From Toensbergia leucococca (Eukaryota): a stretch of DNA of 64,000 bases. Made by a program: the position numbers and the translations under genes. Shown one piece after another: positions 1 to 13,140 of the stretch (the stretch's first letter is position 1; the number at the start of each line of letters is the position of its first letter). The stretch covers positions 248,001 to 312,000 of the forward strand of contig JALDZS010000002.1 of the NCBI GenBank assembly GCA_022813965.1. Reading direction: 5' to 3'. Below the pieces are notes generated by a model. That model made no database searches. It worked only from the letters and a program-made list of their open reading frames with translations, and was not told the DNA's origin.

Positions 1-102
1 TTCTCCCGAGCCCCCGAAAATACATTTCCACCCGATTTTCTAATCTCCGTCTTCATACCAGACCACCCCATTTCTGCCCCCACCCCATCTCTGCCACCCC
101 CA

Positions 103-154
103 CCTTCTACAAACTCCGTCTACAAGCTCCTTCTACAAGCCCCTTCTACAAGCT
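103..154. repeat. 13-bp tandem repeat x4 (CCTTCTACAAGCT consensus)
   Basis: ccttctacaaact/ccgtctacaagct/ccttctacaagcc/ccttctacaagct read directly. Confidence 0.85.
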
Positions 155-557
155 CAGAAAGAACCAAATCCAACTCACTCCCTCACGTCCCAATAACCTC
201 CCACACCAGCACAACATGGCGCCGTAGAGAGGAAAGCTCAGAGTTTCCATTGGTGTCTAAATCCAAGCTGTTTTCCATCTTTCCCACCATAGCCCTCTTA
301 CAAGGCACTCCGAAAAACAGTATTGGAAATTACATATCAGGTACCTATGGAGATATGCTTTCCTACTTGCCACAAGCGAAATTTACATCCCCCACACTCA
401 CACCTATCTATCTATCCTTGCGACCAGAGCCACATCATCAGCATTGACCCCACGTCTTTTACATCCACAACAAAGCGCAAGATGACCACCCCAAGTAATA
501 ACACATTCTTACACTCCTTCACCAACCCCCACCACCCCCCCTTTACCGCCGCCACAT

Positions 558-2127
558 TCATCCATCAAAACTATACCTCAACCACTCCCCCACAGCCCTC
601 AAACTCTCCCACCTCACACTCTCATCCCCATCCGCCATCAATTCCATCACCCGCGCCTTCAATCCCAACTTCTCCAACTGGCCCCTCTTCTCCGGCGCCT
701 CCTTGACCAGGCACCCAACATCATTACACGCAATCGCCAAAACCTGCTTATCGCTCTCCCAGCTCTTGCCCATAATAGTCGCCAACTTGCGCGGCAACTC
801 GCCCTTGCTGTCGTCTAGAATCCGCCGCGCGTTCTCGCGCCAGAAGTTGGCGTCGCGGTGCGGAGGGCTCCATCGCAAATGGCCATTTAGGACTTCGGCG
901 GCATATTCGTCAAAGGTGGTTTGCGAGCTAGTGTACTCGTCCAGGAGGTCTATGAGGGATTTGAGGTCTTCGAGGGCGTCTGGGTCGGTGAGGTGGCGGC
1001 TTTTGAGGTTGGAGAGGAGGGCGGGGAGGCGGGCGGTTGTGGCGATTGGAAGAAGGCGGGGACGGTTGGGGGGGGGAGAGAGGAGGTTGAGGAGAGTGGA
1101 GAGGAGGAGCCGGGTTGTTTTTTCTTTTGGGGAGAGACGAAGGAGTTGGGTGTAAAGGGGTATTATTTCTTGTTCTCTGGGGGAAAGGGAGTATTAGTGG
1201 TTGAAATGTTTAGTTTGGTGGGGGAGGGGGAATGTACTCCTCGAGACCTTGTCCTACTAGTGAGCCTTCGAAACTTAGTTGCCAGATTGTGAGGAGGACG
1301 TGGTAGAGTAATTGTAACCCGACTCCGCCGCTGAGGCCGGCTTCAGTGGCACTTTTGATGCTGGCGCCGCCGCTCCATAATGTCGAGTCGGTATCTTTAC
1401 CTGCGCCTGCCGAGGCGCGAAGGATCTCGACGAGGGGATTGACAGTCTCTTGACGTTGATCCCAAAAGAGCTCCCTTGCTTTTTTGGTCCGAAGAAGGGC
1501 CGAATATTCCTGTACGGCAATGTCTTGCAGGCCGTTGTCTTGGCTTTTGGTCAGGGTGGAGAGGTATTTGTAGAGTTTGGGGAGGGCCTCATCGGTTTTG
1601 GAGGTAGATTTTGGGAATTTGGCCTGTGCGGTTGATAACAGGGAGGCGAGGACGGAGGATGTGAGGAGTGGGATGGTGTCCTCTGGGTTTGAAGAGTAGC
1701 TCAGTAGCGGAAGGAATGGCTTGTACGGATCTGGGTGGTCGAGGAGGACGGAGGGTAGGCTTGGGATGTCTAAGATTATCGAATTAGGGAGGAAATGCGA
1801 AAGAGGTTGCAGATTCCACTAGATGCCCATACCATTCATCAAATCGCCAGCAAGCACCAGGATATACTGAATGACGTCGGCTCTCTTGGCAGCAGATTCC
1901 AGAACACTCTTCCCATTGTCCCCGCCCAGGAGCAGTGACTGGTATCCCGCCATATCATTTTCGACCGTCTGCCGTCGTTGCTCCTTCCTTATCTTATCCA
2001 CCGCTTTTATTTTGGCCAAGTCATTGTCTGTAATATATCCGGTGCGGACGGCGCCTTCCCATGGAATTGGGCGACCACGAATGTTGTTTTGTACGGAATT
2101 GAGGTAGGTGGGTGGATCAAGAGACAT
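558..2127 (-). CDS. VMA13: V-type proton ATPase subunit H (multi-exon)
   Basis: N-terminus MSLDPPTYLNSVQNNIRGRPIPWEGAVRTG; C-terminus LRWSPPHRDANFWRENA...LAIACNDVGCLVKE...VMELMADGDESVRWESLRAV, typical of V-ATPase H; ATG at 2127, TGA at 558-560; internal introns not all mapped. Confidence 0.93.
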
Positions 2128-2452
2128 TTTGGGCTCTAGGTGAGCTTCAGAGAGCCTAGGTGGGAAGTGGTCTGGGGACAATTGCGATTGGTGGCCAGTT
2201 GTGGTGTTGGATGTTGAAGCTCGGCGTCATACATTAAGCTCACTGCACGGAGCTAAATTCCTAGCTTCTGTAAATTTAGCCACGAAGAACTTGTGCCAAA
2301 CCTTGAATACGGAGAATGCTTAGACCACGACGTTGAAGCTTGTATATTTGAAGTGACAAGCTCTTAATACACCCAGTCACTTGTTGGTGCATGTTGCAAT
2401 CCAGCTTTCCTCATCTCTGGGCAAACGTTGCGTCTGGCACAGAACCGCCAGC

Positions 2453-5400
2453 ATGACAAGCCTAAAAAGGTCCGTGGGCAGTGATCCTCATGCTTCGAAT
2501 ATATCTAGCAAAGTCTTTGTGAGGTCAACAAGGAATGGCAAAGTCCAGAAGGTTGTGAGAGAAATTTATCTCAGACAAGATATTCCATGCTCGTCAAAAT
2601 TATGCTCAGCTTGTTTAGCAAATGCGCCAGCAGATGCCAATGGCCTAAGTAGGTAAAAACCTACAGAATCTAACTAAACAGTCCATGTGTTCTGACTCGA
2701 TATCAGTTTCTCCATTTGTCCTATCTGATCGCCCAGCGGGAACTAAATTGTTTAGAAATGGTCACTACATCGTGCCAGATACTAATGCTCTACTCAATGC
2801 CATGGACCTTTTCGAACAGGCATCGGCTTTCTACGATGTCATCATCCTTCAGACTGTACTCGAAGAGCTTAGAAATCGATCTATCCCTCTATACAGTCGT
2901 TTGATAGCATTGACTAAGAGTGAAGAGAAGCGATTCTATATCTTCTTCAATGAGTTCAGACTGGAAACCTACCTTGTCAGAGATCAGGGCGAAAGTATTA
3001 ATGATCGAAATGATAGGGCTGTCCGACGGGCCGTCAAGTGGTACAGCGATCACCTCCAATTTGCGGTAAAGGCCAAGGGATCATCCAAGCCCTGTCCTAG
3101 CATTGTCATGCTGAGTGATGACAAGGAGAACCTAAAGAAGGCAGGGCTTGAGGGTATTGATGCATGTTCTCTTACCGATTATGTGTCGAGTCTCGAGGAT
3201 GCTAATCGTCTCCTCGACATGATCAGTGCCTCTCGCCAAGGGCAAGAATCACGTACTAGTGCCGCAGAATTAATCTACCCAGAGTATTTCTCTTTGTCAA
3301 AGATGATGACAGGAACAAAAGCAGGAACATTACACCAAGGCGTATTTAACGTCTCACCTTATAATTATTTAGAGGGCTCTGTCCATGTGCCTGCTTTTGA
3401 TAAATCGCTTTTGATATTGGGGCGCGAGAATAGTAACAGAGCTGTGCAAGGCGATGTAGTAGTGGTTGAGGTCTTACCAAAGTCGCAGTGGAAGGCTCCT
3501 TCCACAAAGATCATCGAAGAAGAATCATTGAATAAGAATGAAAACGCCGACGCTGATGATGGAGAAGCAGTGGTGACTGAACAGGAGCGTCGGGCTCTAC
3601 AAGAAGAAGTCAAGAAATTTCAAGGGAAGAGTCTGGAAGGGCGGCCGCAGCCCACTGCGCGAGTGATCGGAGTCATTAAAAGAAATTGGCGACAATATGT
3701 GGGGCACGTTGATGGGAGTTCCAGTTCTACAGCCCGTCAAAGCCGAAAGCAGCAGACGGTGTTCTTGATACCTATGGACAAGCGTATACCGAAGATCCGG
3801 ATACGCACTCGCCAAGTCGACGAATTGTTGGGTAAACGGGTGTTAGTGACCATTGATGCATGGGATCAAGATTCTCGGTACCCTGTTGGCCATTTTGTAA
3901 GGTCACTAGGTGAATTGGAAACCAAAGGGGCGGAGACTGAAGCTCTATTGCTCGAGTACGACGTACAATACAGACCCTTTCCCAAAGCTGTCCTGGATTG
4001 TTTACCACACGAAGGTCACGATTGGAAGGTACCTACAAGCACCAATGATCCAGGCTGGAGGGGTCGAAAAGATCTGCGGGAATTACTAGTCTGCAGTATT
4101 GATCCGGTTGGATGTCAGGATATTGACGATGCACTTCATGCTCGGCCCTTGCCCAACGGAAACTTTGAGGTGGGAGTCCACATTGCAGATGTATCACATT
4201 TCGTGAAGCCGAACAATGCGATGGATGCTGAAGCGAGCATACGAGGCACCACCGTATACCTCGTCGACAAACGAATCGACATGCTACCGATGCTTCTCGG
4301 TACTGACCTATGCTCGTTGAAACCGTATGTCGAGCGGTACTCCTTCTCGGCAATTTGGGAAATCACGCCAGATGCCGATATTGTTGGCTCGTCGTTTTCA
4401 AAATCCGTCATTCGCTCGAGAGAAGCTTTTAGCTACGAACAGGCTCAAATCCGGATTGACGATCAATCTCAAAACGATGAACTCACCCAGGGCATGCGAA
4501 CACTACTAATGATATCGAAAAAGTTGCGACAAAAACGCATGGACGCTGGTGCTCTGAATCTTGCGAGCCCAGAAGTCCGAATTCAAACCGAATCTGAGAC
4601 GTCGGACCCTGTCGATGTGAAGACCAAAGAGCTGCTCGATACCAATTCTCTTGTAGAAGAATTCATGCTTCTTGCTAACATTAGTGTCGCTAGCAAGATA
4701 TATGAAGCGTTCCCGCAGACGGCACTACTTCGGCGACACGCTGCACCTCCGAAGTCCAATTTTGAGGAGCTCGCTAACCAGCTTAAGGTCAAGCGTGGCC
4801 TGGAGCTTCGCTCGGAAAGCTCCAAAGCTGTGGCAGACTCACTAGATAAATGTGTTGATTCGAAAGAAGCTTTCTTCAATACTCTGGTCCGCATCATGGC
4901 CACACGATGTATGATGTCAGCAGAATACTTTTGTTCGGGAACCCAGTCATATCCTGAGTTCCGTCACTACGGGTTAGCGAGCGAGATTTACACTCATTTT
5001 ACGAGTCCCATTAGACGATATGCAGATCTTATAGCCCACAGACAACTCGCTGCAGCGATAGAATACGAGCAACTGGATTCTAGTCTGCATAGCAAGAATA
5101 AGCTTGAAGAAGTGTGTAAGAATATCAATGTCAGGCACAGAAACGCGCAGATGGCGGGTAGGGCAAGCATCGAATACTATGTTGGGCAGGCGCTCAAGGG
5201 GCGTATCATTGAAGAGGAGGGGTTTGTGATGAAAGTTTTCTCCAATGGATTCGTGGTGTTTGTGCCAAGATTTGGCATCGAAGGTTTGATCCGTCTAAAA
5301 GATCTGGCAACGCCAGAACCCGATAGTATGTTCGATGCTGAAAAGTACGAGCTTCGAACTACCGGCAGCCGGAATCTGAGGATCGATTTGTTTGAGAAGG

Positions 5401-5474
5401 TTGTCGTGAGGATAAGTGATGTGAAAGAAGAGTCGACAGGGAAGAGGAAGATTAAGCTTGAGCTGGTGAACTAA
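2453..5474 (+). CDS. DIS3: Exosome catalytic subunit Dis3/Rrp44 (PIN + RNB + S1)
   Basis: [15 protein letters not shown] motifs PDTNALL and [13 protein letters not shown] motifs [15 protein letters not shown] and [13 protein letters not shown]; one intron 2649-2706 (GTAGGT..CAG). Confidence 0.97.
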
Positions 5475-6227
5475 AGAAGGGAGGCATAGGAAGAGCAGAG
5501 CATGTCAGGAATATAATTGATGTACTTAATCGCCGGAGATGGTCTTGAACGGCGCCGTCTCTGCCGTTGTGTGCTCTAGATGGTTACCTAATGAATAGTC
5601 ATTGATGATTCACCTCTTCGGGCCTTGACCCTCGAAGGTTGTTCACAATACCTACGTCTCACAAACAATATATTGATAGGTCCGAGGGAGAAGTCATTCG
5701 CCTTCACTTATTGTGAAGTCGGTGACGGAGCATATCACAATAAGGCACCACTCATTACTCAGGTCTACTGACCAGTGCTTTAAGACAAGAAGCATAAAGG
5801 TCAGTCCAATGCGCCTATCTTATCATAGAGTGAGGCGCCACATTCGGTAGGTACATAGTCGAAACTCGATCTATTATTCGATTTCTTTGATATTCTCAGA
5901 TGATTTATGAGTGATTAGGGTTTATGTTTCATTCCCCCTGGCGAGCCAGTAGACTACTCGGTAGCTCGACTAGTAATCGCTTGGTACCTGCAGCCGCCAA
6001 TTTGGAACTAAATCGTCAGGCACGCAGCCAATCACAAGCCACGTCGAACCTGCCACCGACAATTTGTCACTTCACCCACGCAGGCCGAGGGGCCCATAAT
6101 CCAGCCACTTCTCCGTCCTGAACTTCGCAGTGGGCGCATACTGTATTGCAACTGTGTCTTTGGACCAGAGTGGCTCTCTACCTCTTACCAACATCATCAT
6201 GGCCTTTGGAATCCCCTGACTCAAGCG

Positions 6228-9200
6228 ATGGATCGGGGACGACCCTCACACCCTCCATCTCCAGGCCCTGGGGGCTCGTCGGGCTCAATCCTTCCTCTTG
6301 GAACCTCACGGCTCAAGTCATCCTTACCGTCTAATATAGATGTTCCTTCATTTTCTGCATTCCAAGCACAGACCCCTCGCGTTGACCTGACTTCACCAGT
6401 GCGGAGGAAGCCCCTTCCTCGCTCCTTATCGTCCGGCGCACCGAGATTGTCGCCTGGAGGACCTGTTGTGGGTGTCGGAGACTTTGGCTTCGAAGATCGT
6501 CCGAGAACATCCTTTGTCGAGGAACCTCGAACGACTTCTCATCGTCCACCGTGGCTACCCACCCCGCTTAGTGGTAGTCCTCCGCTCGTCGTCCGCGACC
6601 TGGACCAGTAAGAACCTGACTCCCAACCAATAGCATAAGTCAATTGTCTCGCTGTGTTACTGATTCGTCGTGACGTCTAGATTCCCTCGTGGTCAATCGC
6701 CTCTCATTCCGCCAGCTTCAGAAAACGGAGCCTTTTCCTCAAATGTTGTAGATCGCCAGCCGGGGGCGTTACAAACTCTTGAGTATAATACTTCTTCTCC
6801 GACACGACTCAATCATGTCCGACTAGCTAGTGATTCTCTTCTTCACGAAAATTCCCAAAACGAGAAGGAAACGATCGACGATGGTTTACAACGAGCAGTA
6901 ACGATGTCATTGCATCCTACCACTGGATCTCAGTCGGTCCATGTCCGCGGTGATTCACGATCTTTATCGAGCCAATCTAATGACTACAATGATCCTACGA
7001 CAACCAGAACATTGAAACCCGCAGGGTCGAACAAAATAACCGCCTTCTTCGGTTGGAGAACTTCCTCACCAATCCCAGAATCTTCCCCAACCAATTTTTC
7101 GTCCAGAAGCCATTCACCAACCCCTTCCCCCCTTTTGCCGTCACCACAAAGCTTATCGTCATCTAAATCAAGACCAAATGCAATTGACGTCCCTAGGGCG
7201 AATGCTGCTGCTCGTGCTTCCTATTTTGCCGAATATGGTCATCCTTTACCGCCACCTACACCTGCCATATCTGTTCAAATCGAGGGAATGGAGGAAGAGT
7301 TGCGTGAGGTTAGCTCGGAATTAGCTGGTTCTATCCGGAGAGAAATGGAGTTGGAAGATTTGGTGGAAAGGCTACAATACGAAGCTACGCAAGGGCAAGG
7401 CTCCGAGCTGAATCGACGTACCAGCGATTACTTTTCGGACTCAGGTACAAGCTCGGTTAGATACCCTTTAAGTGACGTTGGTGGAAGCAAGTTGGAGGAT
7501 CTTGAGAAGATGAAACGAAGATCAGAACAAGAAAAGGCCCAGTTAAAAGTAGATTTATCTCAAAAATTGCAGAACGAGCGTGGACAAAGGAAGGCACTTG
7601 AGTTGTACATTAACCAATTGGAAGATCAGGTGCAGCAAGTATGTTGACCTTTTACCGTCTATACCACCATAAGCTGCTAACAATCATATAGGTTGACAAA
7701 GAACGAGCTACGTCCTCAGGGGCATTCAACCGTGTTCGGGATTTAGAGGGTTCGTTGGATGATCTTCGTCGACGGTTGATAGAAGAGCGGCGAGTAAAGG
7801 AGAACTTTGAAGATTTACTAACTGCGCTTCGGGGTGAGATCGAGCAGCATCGGAATGAACGTGACAATCTTCGAGACGAGGTTGTACCGCGACTGAGGGC
7901 TCGTCTGGAGGGTTTGGAGGGAGAAGCTACCGAGTTTCAGCAACTCACATATGAGAATGCACGAATGCAGCAGGAGATACAAGCTCTTAGGAATGAGAAT
8001 GCTACACTAGTGAATGCAAGAAGACTCCAGCTGGATATGCAGCAACAATCGTCACGTTTCAACTCGATTGCGGAGGAAGATGGGCCGACACCGCTTACGC
8101 CAATGACGAAAATGGGACTTACGAGATCGAAATCGGTTGCGCAAGGAACAGTCAAGGGCGGGGATCTGTCGAGATCGGCTTCGTTATCAAGATCGAATTC
8201 GGTTTCCGCAAAGGAGCGCGAGTCAAGGGAATCTCTGGCGGATCGAGTTAGAGACATTGAAATGCAACGTGACGCTCTACATCGTGCTTTGAAAAGTCTA
8301 CTTGACAGGCAGAAGTACCAAGGCAACGAGCACAAAAAAAGGATCAAGGGGCTTGAAGTGGAAAGAGATCGAGCATTGCAATCACAATCACCTCGAAGAA
8401 TTGGCTATGAGATGGAGGTGACGAATCTTAGGGACGAAATCAATAAACTTCGACGCAGAGCTGACGATGCGCTGGAGCAAAAGTGGCAATGTGAAAAGGG
8501 TCTAGGCGGGTTGAAGAAGGATCTTGACCGAGCCGAGCAAGAGACAAGCTCGCTGCGAGCTCTGTTGCAAGAACATGATATTCTTCTTCCTGAGCCCCCT
8601 GGACTTTCGACTCAAGATGTTCAGAATGGCACTTACGCGACATCTGCTTCGCTCGAGAAGGCCTACAAAGAGTTGCAGGCAACGCAGGCCCTGTCCATAG
8701 TCAAACTCCGGGAGCTTTGGGGTCAAGCGCCTTCCACAAGGGAAGATGCTAGTACAGCGCAGACGATGGATCTTTTACTCAAAAGTATGTCTGACGCTGA
8801 AGCCGAACGAGACTACGCTCAGAAGCAGGCAGAATTGTACCGAGCGCAGGCAGAGTCGTTGCAAGAAGCAGATGCATTTCATTCGGGGGAGAATGTAGGG
8901 CTTGCAGATCAATTACGGGCTTCAGCTAATCGAGTAGAATCTCTAGCCTCACAGGTCCGTCTTCAGCTAGAGATCAACAGAGATTTGAGGCAAAGGCTTG
9001 CAGAAGCCGTTGGACGGGGTGAAAGAGAGCAGAAGAATTCTGCAACTCGGATCAACAGCATGCAGGGCAAGCTGAGATCTCTAGAGGATAAACTCATGAC
9101 AGCCCAACAACATTCGGAAGAGGTTTTTGCGCACCACGAGGAAGAAGTCCGGGACATGAAAGAAAGCCATAATACACAACTTCAACGACTCAAGGGCGGC

Positions 9201-9612
9201 TTAAAGACCCCTACGTTTTTCTCGCCGAAAACATCGCCTCTTTCGCCACTGTTCAGCGCACGGTCTCCAAGGTTGGACAAGACCACCAGCGGGATGGGTA
9301 TGTCGATGACCGAGGCGCTGAGAACGGAGACGCTTGAGAGGAAGGTGGCGGAGCTTGAAGGAGCTTTAGGAGACGCGGACAAAGAAATGGAAGAGGTAGT
9401 CAGTCGTATGAACATGGCACAGATTGAGGTCATGGAACTGCAGTCGGCGAGGTATGAACCACATTTTCCTCATCAAAAGGGCTAGAGTTTACGAAACGGA
9501 GATTGGCTGACTTTCATCTCCCATCTACAGAGACGAAGCTATGCGGCAAACGAGAAAACTGCAGGCGGCCATCAACGCCGAGAGGGAGAAAGTTGACTCG
9601 TTGATGAAATAA
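6228..9612 (+). CDS. Large coiled-coil protein of unknown function with Ser/Pro-rich disordered N-terminus
   Basis: Exons 6228-6607, 6681-7638, 7692-9451, 9531-9612 join in frame via GT..AG introns; long heptad-rich E/L/R/Q stretches; start codon less certain. Confidence 0.8.
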
Positions 9613-9789
9613 TGCTCCGACTTTTTTTGGATCGACCCTCGCTCAATGAATCTACACGAGAGCAGAGGGCTGGGAGTGTCATCGTTCATTTGAAAGTTTT
9701 GTCAGAGGAGAGCAATTCTGCTGCATTTACGTGGGGTCAGGTTAAGTTCAAGTCATTGCGTCGGTGCATCTTGATGATTATAAGGGACT

Positions 9790-11400
9790 TTTTTGGGGGG
9801 GGGGGGGTTGTGGATGGATGGGGTTTTCTGGATCATGATTCCAAGACTGCTCTTTTTATACTTTCTTGCCCCGTTTTTTATATCTAATGGAGGGGGGGGA
9901 TTCGAGGATATGTTTTTCATGTATGTGCTTGGGGGGGGGATCATTTGGTTGAACCGCGAGGGCGGAGTGGAGTGGGGGGATTGAGGAAGATGGGCTTTGT
10001 TGAGCGCCGGTTATATACCCTGTTTCATTTATGTTTCTGCCTGTGGTTTTTTAGATTTTATGCGGGGGGTTTTTTTTCTCTGATGGTCTGTCTGTGTTTT
10101 GAGCGGCTATATTGAATTTATTTTTTTTTGCTTGTTTTTTCGATGGAAGGGTGGGGGGGGATTGAGAATAATTTGAGGTGACCATGACGTTTGAATTGAG
10201 AATCATTTACACAACTGCTTGTGGTTTTTATTTTTTTTTTTTTGTATTGTTTTTGACTCACCACCCGTGTGTATCTATCTCATCGCTTCTGTTTTTTTGA
10301 TTGTAGGGGTGTCCAGCTGAGTTGGCATAAATCCGTGTGCTTGAAAATGGGATTTTTTTTCTTAAGAAGTGGGATTCTTTGTTTTTTGATTTTTTTGGGG
10401 TTTTTTTTAATAATTAAAAAAAAATATTCTTTTTTTCCCCTTCCCCGATCTCAGAGGTTTTTTTGATTTTTCAAAAGAAAAAGATTTAAAAAAAAAAAAA
10501 TAAACGCTTTTTCTTTTTTTTTTCTCTCTCTATCTCTCGCGTAATTTCATCTACCGGCTTCGAGAAAAAAGCTGGGGTTTGTTCCAAATTTTTGTTCCCC
10601 CCGGCTTGCTGCTGCTGTCTCCCATGACTGCATTTGGAGGAAATGGATGCCCGGGGGGGAGGGGAGGTGTTTGTGACTTGTCTTTTTTTTCCTTTTTTTT
10701 TAATATTGGAGCGTGGGTGTTGGATTGATATCGTGTGCGGGGGGAGCCCGGTGGGGGGGGGGAGTTAAGGAAAGTATTGAGACCATGCCGATGAAGTTCG
10801 GGGGAACATGCGGCTGTCTTTGTGACTGGGTTAAAACCAAAAGAACTGGATCTAGTGGTCCTTTTTTTTTCTAGCCTACGCACTCTGTAGCCTGACCCAG
10901 ATGGCCCCCCCCACCCCCCCAAAAAAATATAATTGTAGAAGCTGATATGGGTTGTAGAGATGAAGACGAGCAGGCCCGGCGATGATGATCTCAAATGATA
11001 CTCTGAAGATATTTCATAGTAAATAGGGTAGGGTAAATTTCCGAATTTTAATTTCCTTTGGACTGCACTTTTTTTATTTTACATGAGCTTGGAGATGTGG
11101 GGATGGAGTTTGAGATGATGGAGACTGGATTGAGTTTTTGTTCTCTTGGTGAGGTTGAGTGGATAGTTGATGAGGTGGCGGGGCGTTTTTTTTTTCTTTT
11201 TGAGGAGAGGGTGTTGGAGGTAGAGGGATTGGGTTGTAGTGCATATCTCCGGGGGGGGATATTTTTTGAAATATTCCTGTCTGCCCTTTTTTGGGGGGGG
11301 GTGGGGTCTTGCGATTCTGTTATTGGTGTCTGAGTTGTTGAGGTTGTGGGCTTTCAAGCTTTTTTGGGGGAAAGGGTTCGAGAGCGGGGATTGGAGTAAG
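9790..11400. repeat. Homopolymer-rich low-complexity intergenic zone
   Basis: Many G, T, A and C runs of 7-13+ nt, e.g. G-run 9795-9807 and A-run 10488-10500. Confidence 0.75.
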
Positions 11401-13140
11401 AGACGGGTTGAATGGAAGGCTTTTGTTGGGGGATGAAAGTTGGTACAGGAGATGTGGGAGGTGAGGTTGGCTAGGTTTGGGAGTAGAGGGTCTTAGACAG
11501 GGTCTGGAGTTGGAGAATGGAGATGACCTTTTGTGTTGGGTGTGAGTGTCGGGGGGAGTTGGCCGTATTAGCTTCTTTCTTTGCGGGTATGAATGACTGG
11601 TTTTTCGTGACTGTTGACCTAGACGAGGGAAAGGGGGAGTTTGAGGATGGGAAAAACTCGACGCCTTGAGACCAATGCTCTGACCTTTTGGATTACTGGC
11701 TTTTGTTGAGGCTTCGAAGGGGGTTCTTGCGTTGCTGGGGGTTTTGATCATGCTGGTAGAGGTCTTGAGAGAGTTTGTTTGCTGATGCGTTACGTACGTC
11801 TTGGACGCTGTTGAGCTACTTGCGTTGCCAATGATAGCGAATTGATATTCAAATAGGAGAGGAGAGTTTTAGGAGCTAGCAAAGTCTTCTCGTAGCTTGG
11901 TGCGTGGAAGCGGGACTGTAGGTGTATTTTTGAATGAGATAAATCAATGGATTTTATTAGCGATTGAAACGACTTGGAAACGAGTAAGGGAGATCGCTTG
12001 GAAGAAAGTTTCGAGGATAGGATGGAATGTACGGCTTGAATCTGCATTCTCTGACCTATTTGCTGACGGGTTCCTCATCAAGTCCTTGAAAGCAAGTCTT
12101 GTGTTGTCAAACATCGTGCCACGGTTCCAAGGGGATTCGTCTGCTTCTTTTTCCCCGTCTTAAGGTTGTGATGACATTGCCTCGAGACAGTAGAAGCTTT
12201 CCTATGGATGTGAGGTACGTTGGTGGCATGAGGTGCTTAGGAATAGGACAATGACAAGTTCTGCTTGGAAGTGAGGTGGCTGCAGAAAAACGACCCCCGG
12301 ATAGGAAGCTTTCCAGGGCTTAAATCGGATTCTCTAACAGAGTGCTCTCGGTGTCCTCGCAAAACTTCAAACATTCTGCTTGCAGTGTTGGTTTTCTTGT
12401 CGCTGCTTTCCGAGTCTGGAGACGTTGTGTCTGCTTCTGTGCCCAGGTACTGAGCTTTGTGGAGAAGTGTGTGATGAGGATGATGTGAGCGTTGTCTTTG
12501 AGTAGAAATAGCTCAGAGTCCGGGTCGAGGACCAGGCTCTGTGGCAGTCACTTTTACAGTTGCTTCAACAACGTTGATGATATTCTCCTATGGTGGTAGC
12601 TCTTCAACTTGCTCAGGAGACGCCACTCTTCTGCCGCAATCACTTCGGTCAAGACCAAAGGTATCACGATCTCTGAGGCTAATGAATCTTAGCCCCGGTA
12701 AAGGGACGCTCAAAGCGCGATCGTTGGTTTGGAAAGACGGAAAAGGTAGAAAAGATAATTGGAATCACCAGCCAGGCCCAATATTCATCGAAGATGGACT
12801 GTTGATCTTCTGAGACATCGTCACAATCGGGAGGAAAAGGGGGGCGTAGATGGAAAGAGAGTTTTGGGACAGTCTCAGAATGTCTAGTTTTCTGTAGCCA
12901 AGAGACACATCAACGAGATTCATGCTTGAAACAGAAGAAGGTTGCACGAAGAAAGGAAGCTAGAACGGAAAACCCAACATGATGGACACGGGACTCGGGA
13001 AAGTGAGGATGGGATACGGAGGGGGGGAAGTCAAACAGAGGGTTTCTTGCGAGAGAAGCACAAGGAGATTTAGGGCATAATCTAATTAGTTCAGCGTAGC
13101 GAGCTCGTGATATCTGCGCCACAAAGCGGTACAGAAGCAT
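11320..13140 (-). pseudogene. Probable decayed gene encoding an unknown, partly disordered protein
   Basis: The frame from ATG 13140 reads through one TGA to about 12680 (…DCDDVSEDQQSIFDEYWAWL…); a second frame runs about 12950-12075 with only about 5 stops; intron-like GTACGT..CAG near 11754-11798. Confidence 0.35.

Noticed and set aside
103..154. CRISPR-like or telomeric interpretation of the short repeats (also TAGG at 61741)
   Set aside because: Eukaryotic locus, head-to-tail repeats with no spacers, and not TTAGGG arrays
250..1635. Several overlapping plus-strand ORFs
   Set aside because: Antisense shadows of VMA13 in skewed sequence
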